From an uncultured Alphaproteobacteria bacterium (GTDB lineage: Bacteria > Pseudomonadota > Alphaproteobacteria > HIMB59 > GCA-002718135), in NCBI GenBank assembly GCA_902585605.1, contig CACIED010000002.1, positions 3,415 through 67,414 on the forward strand: 64,000 bases of DNA, read 5' to 3'. Shown in pieces: positions 1 through 10,295 of the stretch. Every line of letters starts with the position of its first letter. The stretch's first letter is position 1. The notes under the pieces are model-generated. The model was not told the origin of the DNA, did no database searches, and saw only the letters and a list, made by a program, of their open reading frames with translations. A program made the position numbers and the translations under genes.

Positions 1-2
1 TT

Positions 3-446
3 ACTGGGCTTATAATTATTTTAACTACAAATGAAATACTATTTCAATTTATACAAATTATTGGAATTCTATTTTTATTATTTATTGGATTTCAATTTCT
101 TTTCAAAAAAAATCAAGAAATTGAACATATACACAATCAAAAAAATTTTAATTCATTCTTACAAGGTTTTTCTATAGCAATTTTAAATCCTAAAATTCTA
201 ATATGGTTTTCAGCAGTATTTTCACAATTTGTAAAAATTGATGCTTCCTTTTTTTCTCACTCAATTCTTGTCATTACTGCATCTGTAATAGATGGAATTT
301 GGTATATTATAGTTACAGTTGTAGTAACAAGTTATGGAATGGGTGATTTTTTCCAAAGAAGAAAACATATTATTCAAAAAATATCAGGATTAATTTTAGT
401 TTTAATTGGTATACTTCTAATTATAGATTTCTTCCAAAACTCTTAA
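3..446 (+). CDS. LysE/RhtB-family amino acid exporter (5'-truncated by window edge)
   Basis: Not in the ORF track. Frame 3 is open from base 3 to TAA at 444-446 and reads ...FLQGFSIAILNPKILIWFSAVFSQF..., a hydrophobic protein with the LysE G-x6-NPK motif. Its 3' end overlaps the convergent dipeptidase gene by 30 bp. Confidence 0.85.
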   Translation, partial: TGLIIILTTNEILFQFIQIIGILFLLFIGFQFLFKKNQEIEHIHNQKNFNSFLQGFSIAILNPKILIWFSAVFSQFVKIDASFFSHSILVITASVIDGIWYIIVTVVVTSYGMGDFFQRRKHIIQKISGLILVLIGILLIIDFFQNS

Positions 447-1499
447 GATATTTTTACCCATTATTTTTTCAATTTCAGAATTTTTATATCCTCTTTCTTC
501 TAAACTTTCTTGAATTATCATGTGATCTAAACAATCATTCCATTTATTTGGCAAACAATCAAGGCCGTCATAATCACTACCTACTCCAACATAATCAATA
601 CCTATTTTATTTATTACATACTCAATATGATCAACAAATACTTCTATACTTGGACATATATCTGATAATTTTTTTTGAAGAAAATGTTGTTTTGCTATCC
701 ACTGAGAAGTTTTGTTAGAATATTTTCTTTCAATAGAATTTAATTCATCAAGATATTTTTTTCTTTCTTTAGTTTCTCTTTCTTTAAAAGATTTATCAAT
801 AAAAAAAGGATATGGATTAAGACCAATCAAACCTTTTACTTTTTTGATTGCTTCAATTTGATCATCTTTTAAATTACGAAAATGAGGACATAAATTATAC
901 ACGCTAGAATGTGAGGCTATAAAAGGTTTGGTACTTATTGATGCAATATCCCAAAAACTTTTCTCTCCAATGTGCGAAACATCAATTAGCACATTATTAT
1001 CTAGGCAAATAGAAATAACTTCTTTTCCAAATTCGTTTAAACCATGACTTTTAAGTTTTGAAGAATTGTATGTCTCATCATAATTTGATGAAACCCATTC
1101 CAAAGAATGATTCCAAGTTGGGCCGAAATAGAAAAGACCTCTTTCAATAAAATGATATAAATTATTAATATCATTTTCTAAACCTTCTCCACCTTCCATT
1201 GAAATGGGAAGCATTAACTTATTGTTATTAATCGCCTCATTTATGTCTGAGAGTTTTTTTGGAATGACAATTTCTTCGTGTGATGAAAATCTTTCAATCT
1301 CATCATACATTTTATCAGCTCTTTTAAAAAAATTTGGTTCTTTAGAATTACTTGAAACCCAAATAATTAAAATTTCTAAATCAATTTCAGATTTTAATAA
1401 TCTTGGTATGTCCGTATGCCCATGGGAAGTAAGTTTTGTAACATCTTCACCTTCGATAACTCTTTGCACAAGATCATTATGCAAGTCAGCTACAAACAT
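417..1499 (-). CDS. Membrane (renal-type) dipeptidase, peptidase family M19
   Basis: Motifs DLHND, SMEGGE, DVSH, ASHS, RNLKD, DHIEY and GSDYDG. Confidence 0.9.
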   Translation of the reverse strand: MFVADLHNDLVQRVIEGEDVTKLTSHGHTDIPRLLKSEIDLEILIIWVSSNSKEPNFFKRADKMYDEIERFSSHEEIVIPKKLSDINEAINNNKLMLPISMEGGEGLENDINNLYHFIERGLFYFGPTWNHSLEWVSSNYDETYNSSKLKSHGLNEFGKEVISICLDNNVLIDVSHIGEKSFWDIASISTKPFIASHSSVYNLCPHFRNLKDDQIEAIKKVKGLIGLNPYPFFIDKSFKERETKERKKYLDELNSIERKYSNKTSQWIAKQHFLQKKLSDICPSIEVFVDHIEYVINKIGIDYVGVGSDYDGLDCLPNKWNDCLDHMIIQESLEERGYKNSEIEKIMGKNILRVLEEIYN

Positions 1500-1503
1500 T
1501 TAA

Positions 1504-2070
1504 TTATTTAATAATCTCCATTTTAATTATTTTATCTGGATCTGCAGGTGGTTCACCTCTTGTGATATTATCTACATATTCCATACCTTCGGTAACTTGA
1601 GCCCAAACAGTATATTGACCATCTAGAAAAGAGCAGTCATTAAAACAAATAAAAAATTGACTGTTAGCACTATTTGGGTTTTGTGCTCTTGCCATTGACA
1701 CTGCCCCTCTTCCATGATTTTCTGAAGAGAATTCAGCCTCTATATCAGGAAGTTTTGATCCACCTGTACCAGCCCTTGATAAGTTAAAACTATCATTACT
1801 TGAATTCCCAAATTCTACATCTCCTGTCTGAGCCATAAACCCATCTATAACTCTATGAAAAACAACCCCATCATACTGTCCTTCTTCTATAAGTTGCTTG
1901 ATTTGTTTAACATGTTTTGGTGCTACATCTGGTTTTGTCTCTATTACAACAATACCATCTTTAAGTGTCATATGGATAATATCTTTTTTTTCATCAGCCA
2001 TTAAAATCTCTCCTTTTAAAAATATTGAGAAAATGAAGATGAAAATAAATAGTTTTTTAAATTTAATCAT
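1504..2070 (-). CDS. Cyclophilin-type peptidyl-prolyl cis-trans isomerase, exported
   Basis: FHRVIDGFMAQTGD, GAVSMARA and ANSQFFI motifs. ATG at 2070 (preceded by GAAGG, followed by a signal-like FKKLFIFIFIFSIF) is preferred over the GTG at 2091. Confidence 0.92.
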   Translation of the reverse strand: MIKFKKLFIFIFIFSIFLKGEILMADEKKDIIHMTLKDGIVVIETKPDVAPKHVKQIKQLIEEGQYDGVVFHRVIDGFMAQTGDVEFGNSSNDSFNLSRAGTGGSKLPDIEAEFSSENHGRGAVSMARAQNPNSANSQFFICFNDCSFLDGQYTVWAQVTEGMEYVDNITRGEPPADPDKIIKMEIIK

Positions 2071-2120
2071 ATTTGTTTTCTTTACCTTCACCCAAATTGT
2101 TTTATATATATGTAATGCAC

Positions 2121-2579
2121 ATGTTTGAAGAAAATATCAAGAAATTAGATTTAAATATTCCTGATATGCCAACACCACTTGCAAATTACGTTCCTTATAA
2201 AGTTTCAGATAGTACCGTTTATGTATCAGGTCAAGGACCTGTAATAGATGGTAAAATTTTGTATAGTGGAAAAGTTGGTGTAGATATTTCTGAAGAAGAA
2301 GGAATAAAAGCCGCTGAAATTTGCTGCATTAACATTATCGCAGCTCTAAAAACATCAATAAATGGAGATTGGGATAGATTAGACACCTTTTTGAAACTTG
2401 GGGGTTTTGTTAATTGCAATGATAACTTTACTGGTCAACCTAAAATCATAAATGGAGCATCAGATTTATTAGTTAGTATATTTGGCGATAAAGGAAGACA
2501 TGCACGGTTCGCAGTTGGATCAAATGCTCTTCCACTCAATATTTCTGTTGAAATAGACGCAATAATAAAAATTAAATAG
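2121..2579 (+). CDS. RidA/YjgF family protein (Rid1/YjgF-like subfamily)
   Basis: PLANYVPY, VSGQGP, INGASDLL, GRHARFAVG and LPLNISVEID. Start moved to ATG 2121 (MFEENIKK) because the track start overlaps the divergent PPIase promoter region. Confidence 0.9.
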   Translation: MFEENIKKLDLNIPDMPTPLANYVPYKVSDSTVYVSGQGPVIDGKILYSGKVGVDISEEEGIKAAEICCINIIAALKTSINGDWDRLDTFLKLGGFVNCNDNFTGQPKIINGASDLLVSIFGDKGRHARFAVGSNALPLNISVEIDAIIKIK

Positions 2580-2589
2580 CATACTCAAA

Positions 2590-3723
2590 ATGAGTGAACA
2601 TTTTTTTTGCTCTTCGCTCAGTAACATCAAAAGTGCTGAATGGAATGAATGTGTTGGAAATGATCATCCATTCTTACAATATGAATTTCTTCACGCTTTA
2701 GAAAAAAGTAATAGTGCAAATTCCAAAACAGGTTGGCAGCCATATCATTATATTGAACAAGAAAATGATAAAATTATCTCATTATGTCCTCTTTATATAA
2801 AGAACCATTCTTTTGGAGAATATATTTTTGATCATTCTTGGGCTGATGCTTATCATCGATATGGAATAAACTATTATCCAAAACTTCAATCTGCAATACC
2901 ATTTACGCCAGTTACTGGTGATAGAATAGTTTTAAACAAATCAGTAAAAGATAAAAAGGGAAAGCAAGTTCAGGTAATTAATAATATTATAAAAGAGGCA
3001 AAAAAAATAAATGTTTCTTCTCTTCATTTTAATTTTATCAATGATGCATCAAATTGGAATGATATTGATAATATTATGGTTAGATCAGGAATACAATTTC
3101 ATTGGAACAATAATGAATACAAAAATTTTAATGAATTCTTAAATGACTTATCCTCAAGAAAAAGAAAAATTATTAGGCGAGAAAGACAATGTATTGAAAA
3201 TAATAATTTAACTGTAAAATTACTTAATGGAGATGATATTAAAGAGGAGCATATAAATTTTTTTTACGATTGTTATTTAGATACAACAGGAAGAAAATGG
3301 GGTTCTACTTATTTGACCAAAGAATTTTTCTTTGAAATATTACAGAATTTTAGAAATAAAATATTACTTATAATGGCTAATCAAGAAGATAAAATGGTTG
3401 CTTCTGCAATTAATTTTCTAAGTAAAACTCATTTGTATGGACGATTATGGGGATCAAAATATGAAGTGCCATTTTTACATTTTGAACTCTGTTATTATCA
3501 AGCAATTGAATACGCAATTCAAAATAAGATTCAAATTGTAGAAGCAGGTGCTCAAGGTGAGCATAAATTACAAAGAGGTTATGCGCCTACAAAAACGTGG
3601 AGTGCTCACTGGATTAAAGATCAAGAATTTAGCAAAGCTATTCAAAAATTTCTTGATAATGAAAGTCAGCTTATTGATAACCAAAAAGAAAAATTAGAAG
3701 ATTATCTTCCTTTCAAAAATTAG
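2590..3723 (+). CDS. GNAT-fold FemAB-like protein (DUF482 type)
   Basis: HSFGEYIFDHSWADAY, PFTPVTG, LYGRLWG, LHFELCYYQAIE and EAGAQGEHKLQRGY. Its position between RidA and clpA is the usual alphaproteobacterial context. Confidence 0.88.
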   Translation: MSEHFFCSSLSNIKSAEWNECVGNDHPFLQYEFLHALEKSNSANSKTGWQPYHYIEQENDKIISLCPLYIKNHSFGEYIFDHSWADAYHRYGINYYPKLQSAIPFTPVTGDRIVLNKSVKDKKGKQVQVINNIIKEAKKINVSSLHFNFINDASNWNDIDNIMVRSGIQFHWNNNEYKNFNEFLNDLSSRKRKIIRRERQCIENNNLTVKLLNGDDIKEEHINFFYDCYLDTTGRKWGSTYLTKEFFFEILQNFRNKILLIMANQEDKMVASAINFLSKTHLYGRLWGSKYEVPFLHFELCYYQAIEYAIQNKIQIVEAGAQGEHKLQRGYAPTKTWSAHWIKDQEFSKAIQKFLDNESQLIDNQKEKLEDYLPFKN

Positions 3724-5993
3724 GCTAATTCTTTTTTTACTTCTTGTTTATTAGAAAATTCAAAATTAATTTTTTTATCTTTACATGTAATTTCAACATG
3801 TCCACCTTTTGCTAGTTTACCAAAGATAAGTTCTTCAGCCATCGGTTTTTTAACTTTTTCTTGTATTACTCTACCTAATTCTCTAGCACCGTAAACTTCA
3901 TCATAACCCTCTTCAGCTAAAAATTCTTTTGCTTCTTTATTAATTGATAATGAAACTCCTTTGTCTTCGAGTTGTGCTTCAATTTCTATAATAAATTTAT
4001 CTACTATCGAAAGTACAATATTTTTAGATAAATGATTAAAATGAATAATTGAGTCGATACGATTTCTAAATTCTGGTGAAAAAATTCTATTTATTGCATC
4101 ACTACTATCATCGTTAGATCTTTTTGCATTAAAACCAATTTTGTTTTTAGATACATCAATTGCACCGGCATTAGTTGTCATAATTAATATAACGTTTCTG
4201 AAATCTATCGTCTTACCATTATGATCTGTTAGTTTTCCATAATCCATTACTTGTAAAAGAATGTTGAATAAATCATAGTGGGCTTTTTCAATTTCATCCA
4301 ATAGCAATACACAATGAGGATTTTGATCGACTCCATCAGTTAATAATCCACCTTGGTCGAAACCTACGTAACCAGGAGGGGCTCCAATAAGTCTGCTCAC
4401 TGTATGACGCTCCATATATTCTGACATATCAAATCTAAGAAGTTTAATACCAAGTGTTTTACTTAATTGTTTAGCTACCTCAGTCTTCCCTACTCCTGTA
4501 GGGCCAGAAAATAGATATGAGCCAATTGGCTTTCCATCTTCTCTTAGTCCTGCTCTTGCCAACTTAATGGAAGATGATAATTCTTCGATGGCCTTGTCTT
4601 GACCAAAGACGAAATTTTTCAAATCTCTCTCTAAATTTTTTAAACTGTTCTTATCACTTTGATTAACAGACTTTGTTGGAATTCTAGCCATTAAAGCAAC
4701 TACTGCTTCAATATCTTTAGAAAGAATAATTTTTTTTCTCTTTTCTTCTGGTAATAAATATTGAGAGGCTCCTGCTTCATCGATAACATCAATAGCTTTA
4801 TCTGGTAGCTTTCTATCACCTATATATTTATTCGATAACTCAACTGCACTAATAATTGCTTCTGGTGAATATTTAATATTATGGTGTTCTTCATAGTATG
4901 TTTTTAAACCCTCAAGAATTTTTACAGTCTCATCTTTTGATGGTTCCTTAACATCAATTTTTTGGAACCTTCTTACTAAAGCTCTGTCTTTTTCAAAATA
5001 ATTTTTAAATTCCTTATACGTTGTTGATCCAATACATTTAAGAGTGCCATTTCCTAGTGATGGTTTTAATAAATTACTTGCATCCATTGAACCTCCACTC
5101 GTTGCTCCTGCCCCGATAACTGTGTGTATTTCATCAATAAATAGAACGGCTTTATCTTTCTTTTGTAATTCTTTAAGAACAGCTTTTAATCTTTCTTCAA
5201 AATCACCTCTGTATCTTGTGCCTGCTAGTAATGCGCCCATATCTAAAGAATAAATTACGGCGTCCTCCATAATTTTAGGTACTTTTTTTTCTGTAATTCT
5301 TTTTGCTAAACCTTCAGCAATCGCTGTTTTTCCAACGCCTGGATCTCCAACGAATAAAGGATTATTTTTTTGTCTTCTACATAAAATTTGAATTGTTCTA
5401 TCTAATTCTTTGCTTCTACCAATGAGCTTATCAATTTTACCATCTTTTGATTTTTCATTAAGATTTATACAAAATTGACCTAAAGCACTTTTCGGTTTTT
5501 GTTGTGTGTTATTATCATTTGTTTGACTATCTACAAATTCTTCATTTTCAAAACTTTCGTTAGCTTTTGAAATGCCATGTGAAATATATTGAACCGCATC
5601 TAATCTACTCATATTTTGTTGATGAAGAAAATATACAGCATGACTTTCTTTCTCAGAAAATAAAGCTACAATCATGTTAGCTCCTGTAACACTCTCTCTT
5701 CCACTCGATTGCACGTGTATAGCAGCTCTTTGTAAAACTCTTTGAAAACCATTTGTTAATTTTGGCTCACCTGTAAAATTTTCTTTAAGATTTTCTAAAT
5801 CATTAATAATAAATTTTTCGACATTTTCTCTTAAATTTGAAATATCAACAGCACATGCTTTAAGTACACTAATAGCATCTTGATCTTCCAAAAGAGAATA
5901 TAAAAGATGCTCTAGAGTGACATACTCATGCTTATAGTTAGTTGCTAATTGATATGCTTCTCTTAATGTTTTTTCTAAATTTTGTGACAGCAT
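3720..5993 (-). CDS. clpA: ATP-dependent Clp protease ATP-binding subunit ClpA
   Basis: Two AAA+ modules (GDPGVGKT, GPTGVGKT), RFDMSEYME and APPGYVG. Start ATG 5993 overlaps the clpS stop as TAATG. Confidence 0.97.
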   Translation of the reverse strand: MLSQNLEKTLREAYQLATNYKHEYVTLEHLLYSLLEDQDAISVLKACAVDISNLRENVEKFIINDLENLKENFTGEPKLTNGFQRVLQRAAIHVQSSGRESVTGANMIVALFSEKESHAVYFLHQQNMSRLDAVQYISHGISKANESFENEEFVDSQTNDNNTQQKPKSALGQFCINLNEKSKDGKIDKLIGRSKELDRTIQILCRRQKNNPLFVGDPGVGKTAIAEGLAKRITEKKVPKIMEDAVIYSLDMGALLAGTRYRGDFEERLKAVLKELQKKDKAVLFIDEIHTVIGAGATSGGSMDASNLLKPSLGNGTLKCIGSTTYKEFKNYFEKDRALVRRFQKIDVKEPSKDETVKILEGLKTYYEEHHNIKYSPEAIISAVELSNKYIGDRKLPDKAIDVIDEAGASQYLLPEEKRKKIILSKDIEAVVALMARIPTKSVNQSDKNSLKNLERDLKNFVFGQDKAIEELSSSIKLARAGLREDGKPIGSYLFSGPTGVGKTEVAKQLSKTLGIKLLRFDMSEYMERHTVSRLIGAPPGYVGFDQGGLLTDGVDQNPHCVLLLDEIEKAHYDLFNILLQVMDYGKLTDHNGKTIDFRNVILIMTTNAGAIDVSKNKIGFNAKRSNDDSSDAINRIFSPEFRNRIDSIIHFNHLSKNIVLSIVDKFIIEIEAQLEDKGVSLSINKEAKEFLAEEGYDEVYGARELGRVIQEKVKKPMAEELIFGKLAKGGHVEITCKDKKINFEFSNKQEVKKELA

Positions 5994-6325
5994 TAACTTT
6001 TTTCCATTGTACATTGTAAAGGATGTTCATTTTTTTTTGCCATATCCATTACCGATTTGCATTTAGACTCCGCCACCTCATAAGTAAATGTTCCACACAC
6101 TCCAATACCATTTTTATGAACATGTAGCATAATTTGCGTTGCCTCTTCTTGTTTTTTATTAAATATTTTTTCTAAAACCATTACAACAAATTCCATTGGA
6201 GTATAATCATCATTTAATAATAATACATTATACATAGAGGGTTTTTTTGTTTTTGGTTTAGTATCTAATAATAGACCTCTTTGAAAATCTTCGTTATTAT
6301 TGTTATTTTGATCTTCATTTGCCAT
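5993..6325 (-). CDS. clpS: ATP-dependent Clp protease adaptor ClpS
   Basis: [19 protein letters not shown] and HPLQCTME; directly upstream of clpA. Confidence 0.97.
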   Translation of the reverse strand: MANEDQNNNNNEDFQRGLLLDTKPKTKKPSMYNVLLLNDDYTPMEFVVMVLEKIFNKKQEEATQIMLHVHKNGIGVCGTFTYEVAESKCKSVMDMAKKNEHPLQCTMEKS

Positions 6326-6408
6326 ATTTATTAAATAATATGTTTTGAAATATTTTAAAGTATTTTTATGTTTGAAAGCATCGAAAATCTTATGTTAATC
6401 AAAGAAAA

Positions 6409-7506
6409 ATGAAAAAAAATTTATTATTAATCATTATTTTAAATAGTTTTTTCATATTAAGTTTTTCATCAAATATATTTGCCAAAAAAGCAGCTATAGT
6501 AATCGATTTTGATACTGAAGAAGTTTTATTTGAGGTCAATGCTGATACTAGAAATTATCCAGCATCCCTTACAAAAATAATGACTTTATACATTGTATTT
6601 GATTACATCAAAAAAGGAAATCTAAGCTACGATAGTCAATTGAGTGTATCAAGCGTTGCAGCATCAAGATCACCAAGCAAGCTATATTTAGAAGAAGGTT
6701 CAAGTATTAAAGTAAGAGATGCAGTTAATGCGCTTATAATTAAATCAGCAAATGATGTGGCTACAGTAGTAGCAGAAAATATTTCTGGTAGTGAGAAAGA
6801 ATTTGCAAAACTTATGACAAGCTATGCAAAAAATCTAGGTATGAAAAACACAACATTTAAAAACGCATCTGGTCTTCCAAATAGAGCTCAATTAACAACT
6901 GCAAGAGATATTTCAAAACTATGTCATAAGCTTATTACAAATTTTCCAAATGAATATAAATTGTTCAGTAATACAAAGTTTGCTTACAATGGTAAAACTT
7001 ACAATACTCATAATAAATTAATGTTAAGTTATGAAGGTGCGGATGGAATTAAAACGGGGTATATAAAGGCATCTGGTTTTCAATTAGCTTTTTCAGCTGT
7101 AAGAGACAATAAAAGACTCATTGGTATAATCTTTGGAGGCGACACTGGGAGCCAAAGAAATAAATCTCTTAAAATTATTATGGATAAAGAATTTGCTGAA
7201 TTAAATATCAAAACAAATGATAATAAAAAAGAAATTGTAAAAAAAGAAGTAAAAGAGGTTAAAAAAAATAATTATTCAATTGTTGTTGGAACATTTAAAT
7301 ATAGAAATAATGCTGAAAAACAAATTAAATTAATAAAAAGTAAATATCCAATTTCTACAAAAGATAAAATTTCAAATGTCGTTCTCATAAGAGTTAGCGG
7401 CAAACAACTTTATGAATCTAGATTTGAAAATTTTTCTAAAAAAGAAGCATATACAGCTTGTAAAAGACTAAAAAAATATAACCGAGATTGTTTTGTTAGA
7501 TTGTAA
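6409..7506 (+). CDS. D-alanyl-D-alanine carboxypeptidase (peptidase S11) with C-terminal SPOR-like domain
   Basis: Signal peptide, then SxxK (PASLTK), SAN and KTG motifs. The C-terminal YSIVVGTF...ACKRLK...CF segment is SPOR-like. Confidence 0.92.
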   Translation: MKKNLLLIIILNSFFILSFSSNIFAKKAAIVIDFDTEEVLFEVNADTRNYPASLTKIMTLYIVFDYIKKGNLSYDSQLSVSSVAASRSPSKLYLEEGSSIKVRDAVNALIIKSANDVATVVAENISGSEKEFAKLMTSYAKNLGMKNTTFKNASGLPNRAQLTTARDISKLCHKLITNFPNEYKLFSNTKFAYNGKTYNTHNKLMLSYEGADGIKTGYIKASGFQLAFSAVRDNKRLIGIIFGGDTGSQRNKSLKIIMDKEFAELNIKTNDNKKEIVKKEVKEVKKNNYSIVVGTFKYRNNAEKQIKLIKSKYPISTKDKISNVVLIRVSGKQLYESRFENFSKKEAYTACKRLKKYNRDCFVRL

Positions 7507-8902
7507 ATTTATAATTTACACCACTTAATGACAATTGATTTTCGATAATTTCAATTAGAGATTTGAGACCTTCTTCAGAAGTTGACTCTGCTCTACATGT
7601 TAATTGGTTTTGAGTGTTACTAGCTCTCATTAGAAACCATCCATTATCATTTTCAACTCTTATGCCATCTATGTCAATTAAATTACCCTCAGTATTTTTT
7701 ATCCTGTCTTTAATTTCTTCAATAATTAAAAATTTTTTTGTTTCATCAACATCGAATCTTGTTTCAGGTGTAGAAAATGTTTTAGGATAAACATTAATTA
7801 ATTCATTTAAATTTTTTTCTTGATTACATAATATTCTTAATAACCGTAATGCAACGTACATAGCATCATCATATCCATAAAAATCATCAGCATAACAAAC
7901 ATGACCACTCATCTCTCCAGATAATGGAGAATTCAATTTTTTCATTTTTTCTTTAATGGGTGAATGGCCAGTTTTAGACATTATAGGATCACAATTTAAT
8001 TTTTTTGCTTCATCAAAAAATACTTTACTACATTTAACATCCATAATTATTTTTGGATTATCATATAATTTTGCAATTTCTGTACATAGTAATAACATGT
8101 ATTGATCTGCCCAAACTAAATTACCTAAATTATCTACAACACCTAAACGATCTCCGTCTCCATCAAAGGCAAGACCTATGTCGCATTGGTTGTCTTTAAC
8201 TGATTTTTTTAATTGCTCCATATTCTCTGGAACCGTAGGGTCTGGGTGATGATTTGGAAAATTGCCATCAACTTTTTCATTAATCAAAATGTTTTCAGAA
8301 TTATTTAAATTATCTGTAATTTCTTTAATAACTGATCCCATTGCTCCGTTACCAATATCCCAAGCAATTTTTATTTTCTTATTGAGATTAATGTTTTGTA
8401 ATAATCTTTTAGCATAATCAAGTTTAATATCTTTATTAATAATCTCACCTTCAGTTAATTTAAAGATATCTTGATCAATTATTTTTTGAAGGCTTTGAAT
8501 GTCTTCTGCATAAAAAGAATGTTTAGCTAGAACCATTTTGAAACCATTATATTCTGAAGGGTTGTGTGATCCTGTCACCATTATAACAGCATCAGTTTTA
8601 AGATGATAATGAGCGAAATAAGTCATAGGAGTTGGCCCCATACCAATATTGATAACTTTTGCACCGGAGTCCTTTAATCCTTCACAAAGAGCTTGGTGTA
8701 GATCTGGTGATGTTAATCTTCCATCATAGCCTGTAGCTATTACATTAGATTTTAATCTATTACTTACAGTGTATCCAAAAGTTCTACCTATAGTATAGGC
8801 TGTATTTTGATTTATATTATCTCCAACTACTCCTCTGATGTCATACTCTCTTAAGACCTCTTTATCAAAATTTTCAATTTTCAATTTATTTTCCAGTGCC
8901 AT
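7496..8902 (-). CDS. Phosphomannomutase/phosphoglucomutase (AlgC type)
   Basis: REYDIRG, catalytic TGSHNP, FDGDGDR and GEMSGH. Confidence 0.93.
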   Translation of the reverse strand: MALENKLKIENFDKEVLREYDIRGVVGDNINQNTAYTIGRTFGYTVSNRLKSNVIATGYDGRLTSPDLHQALCEGLKDSGAKVINIGMGPTPMTYFAHYHLKTDAVIMVTGSHNPSEYNGFKMVLAKHSFYAEDIQSLQKIIDQDIFKLTEGEIINKDIKLDYAKRLLQNINLNKKIKIAWDIGNGAMGSVIKEITDNLNNSENILINEKVDGNFPNHHPDPTVPENMEQLKKSVKDNQCDIGLAFDGDGDRLGVVDNLGNLVWADQYMLLLCTEIAKLYDNPKIIMDVKCSKVFFDEAKKLNCDPIMSKTGHSPIKEKMKKLNSPLSGEMSGHVCYADDFYGYDDAMYVALRLLRILCNQEKNLNELINVYPKTFSTPETRFDVDETKKFLIIEEIKDRIKNTEGNLIDIDGIRVENDNGWFLMRASNTQNQLTCRAESTSEEGLKSLIEIIENQLSLSGVNYKFTI

Positions 8903-10181
8903 AGTATTTAAATCCCAATTCTTTTAAATCTTCTGGAAGATAAATATTTCTAAGATCAAAAATTATTTTTTCTTTCAAAATTTTAGATATTTTTTTAAAA
9001 TTTAATGCCCTAAATTCATTCCATTCTGTTCCAATAATAATTGCTGATGCTCTTTCACAAGCGTCATAAGCAGAATTGAAAAAAATAAGATTTGAATTTT
9101 CTTTTTTGGCATTATTCATTGCTTCAGGATCATAACATTGAACATTATATCCCTTTTCAAATAGGATAGATGCAATTTTCATGGAAGTAGAATCCCTAAC
9201 ATCATCAGTATTGGGTTTGAAGCTTAAACCAAGAAAACAAATAGTAGATTTATTCTCAATATTTGAAACTATTTTATCTGAAGTTTTTATTATACGATCT
9301 TGGTTAGATTTATTAACGGCATTAATGATTGATAAATCAATATTTTTGTTTTTAGCAGTTGAAGCAAATGCTTTAACATCTTTTGGAAAACATGAACCTC
9401 CAAATCCCGGTCCAGCATTCAAAAATTTAGATCCAATTCTTTTATCTATACCCATTGCATACGCTACTTGCTGAACATCAGCACCAACAACTTCGCATAA
9501 ATCAGCAACCTCATTAATAAAAGCTATTTTTGTTGCTAAAAAACTATTAGATGCATATTTAATTATCTCTGAAGTTTCAATAGATGTAGCTACAATTGGT
9601 GTTTCTTTAAGAAATAAAGGTCTGTAAAGTTCCTTCATGATATTTTCTGATTTTTTATTTTCTGTTCCAATAACCACTCTATCTGGTCTTATAAAATCAT
9701 TGATAGCAGATCCCTCTCGAAGAAATTCTGGGTTGGAAACTACATCAAAAAGTTTTTGATCAATTTTATTTGAAATAATTTTTTTTACTTCCCTTGTAGT
9801 TCCAACTGGAACAGTGGACTTAGTTACAACTAAACAATATTGATTAATATTATCAGCAATTTCTTCAGCAACTTGCCAGACAAAACTTAAGTCAGCTTCA
9901 TCCTCTAATCTTCTTGTTGGAGTTCCTACAGTAATAAAAATTATATTTGTATTTTCTAAATTATTTTTTATTGTTGATGCAAAAGATATTAATTTTGTTC
10001 TATTAATATGCTTGTCTAGCAGTTCATCCATACCTGGTTCAAAAAAAGGACACTTCCCTGATTTGAGCATTTCAAGACGTTTATCATCTTTGTCTACACA
10101 AGTTACTGAATAACCAAATTCAGCAAAGCACGCGCCAGTAACTAGACCAACATAACCTGTTCCAACTATTGTAAGATTCAT
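8886..10181 (-). CDS. ugd: UDP-glucose 6-dehydrogenase
   Basis: GTGYVG, NPEFLREG, GPGFGGSCFPKD and FKPNTDD. Confidence 0.93.
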   Translation of the reverse strand: MNLTIVGTGYVGLVTGACFAEFGYSVTCVDKDDKRLEMLKSGKCPFFEPGMDELLDKHINRTKLISFASTIKNNLENTNIIFITVGTPTRRLEDEADLSFVWQVAEEIADNINQYCLVVTKSTVPVGTTREVKKIISNKIDQKLFDVVSNPEFLREGSAINDFIRPDRVVIGTENKKSENIMKELYRPLFLKETPIVATSIETSEIIKYASNSFLATKIAFINEVADLCEVVGADVQQVAYAMGIDKRIGSKFLNAGPGFGGSCFPKDVKAFASTAKNKNIDLSIINAVNKSNQDRIIKTSDKIVSNIENKSTICFLGLSFKPNTDDVRDSTSMKIASILFEKGYNVQCYDPEAMNNAKKENSNLIFFNSAYDACERASAIIIGTEWNEFRALNFKKISKILKEKIIFDLRNIYLPEDLKELGFKYYGTGK

Positions 10182-10295
10182 TATTATAAAATTGTATCTA
10201 TTTTTTGCTAAATAAACTAAATATTACTAGATTGTTATAAATAATATTGAGAAAATTACTGGAAAAATATTAATTTTTTATTAATTAAATCTAAT

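Noticed and set aside
6284-6312. Asn run at the ClpS N-terminus as a phase-variable repeat
   Set aside because: Mixed AAT/AAC codons in a normally variable, disordered N-terminus; not a pure microsatellite.
7496-10181. PMM/PGM + ugd as the edge of a surface-polysaccharide island
   Set aside because: No glycosyltransferase, epimerase or flippase genes nearby; these look like housekeeping nucleotide-sugar genes.
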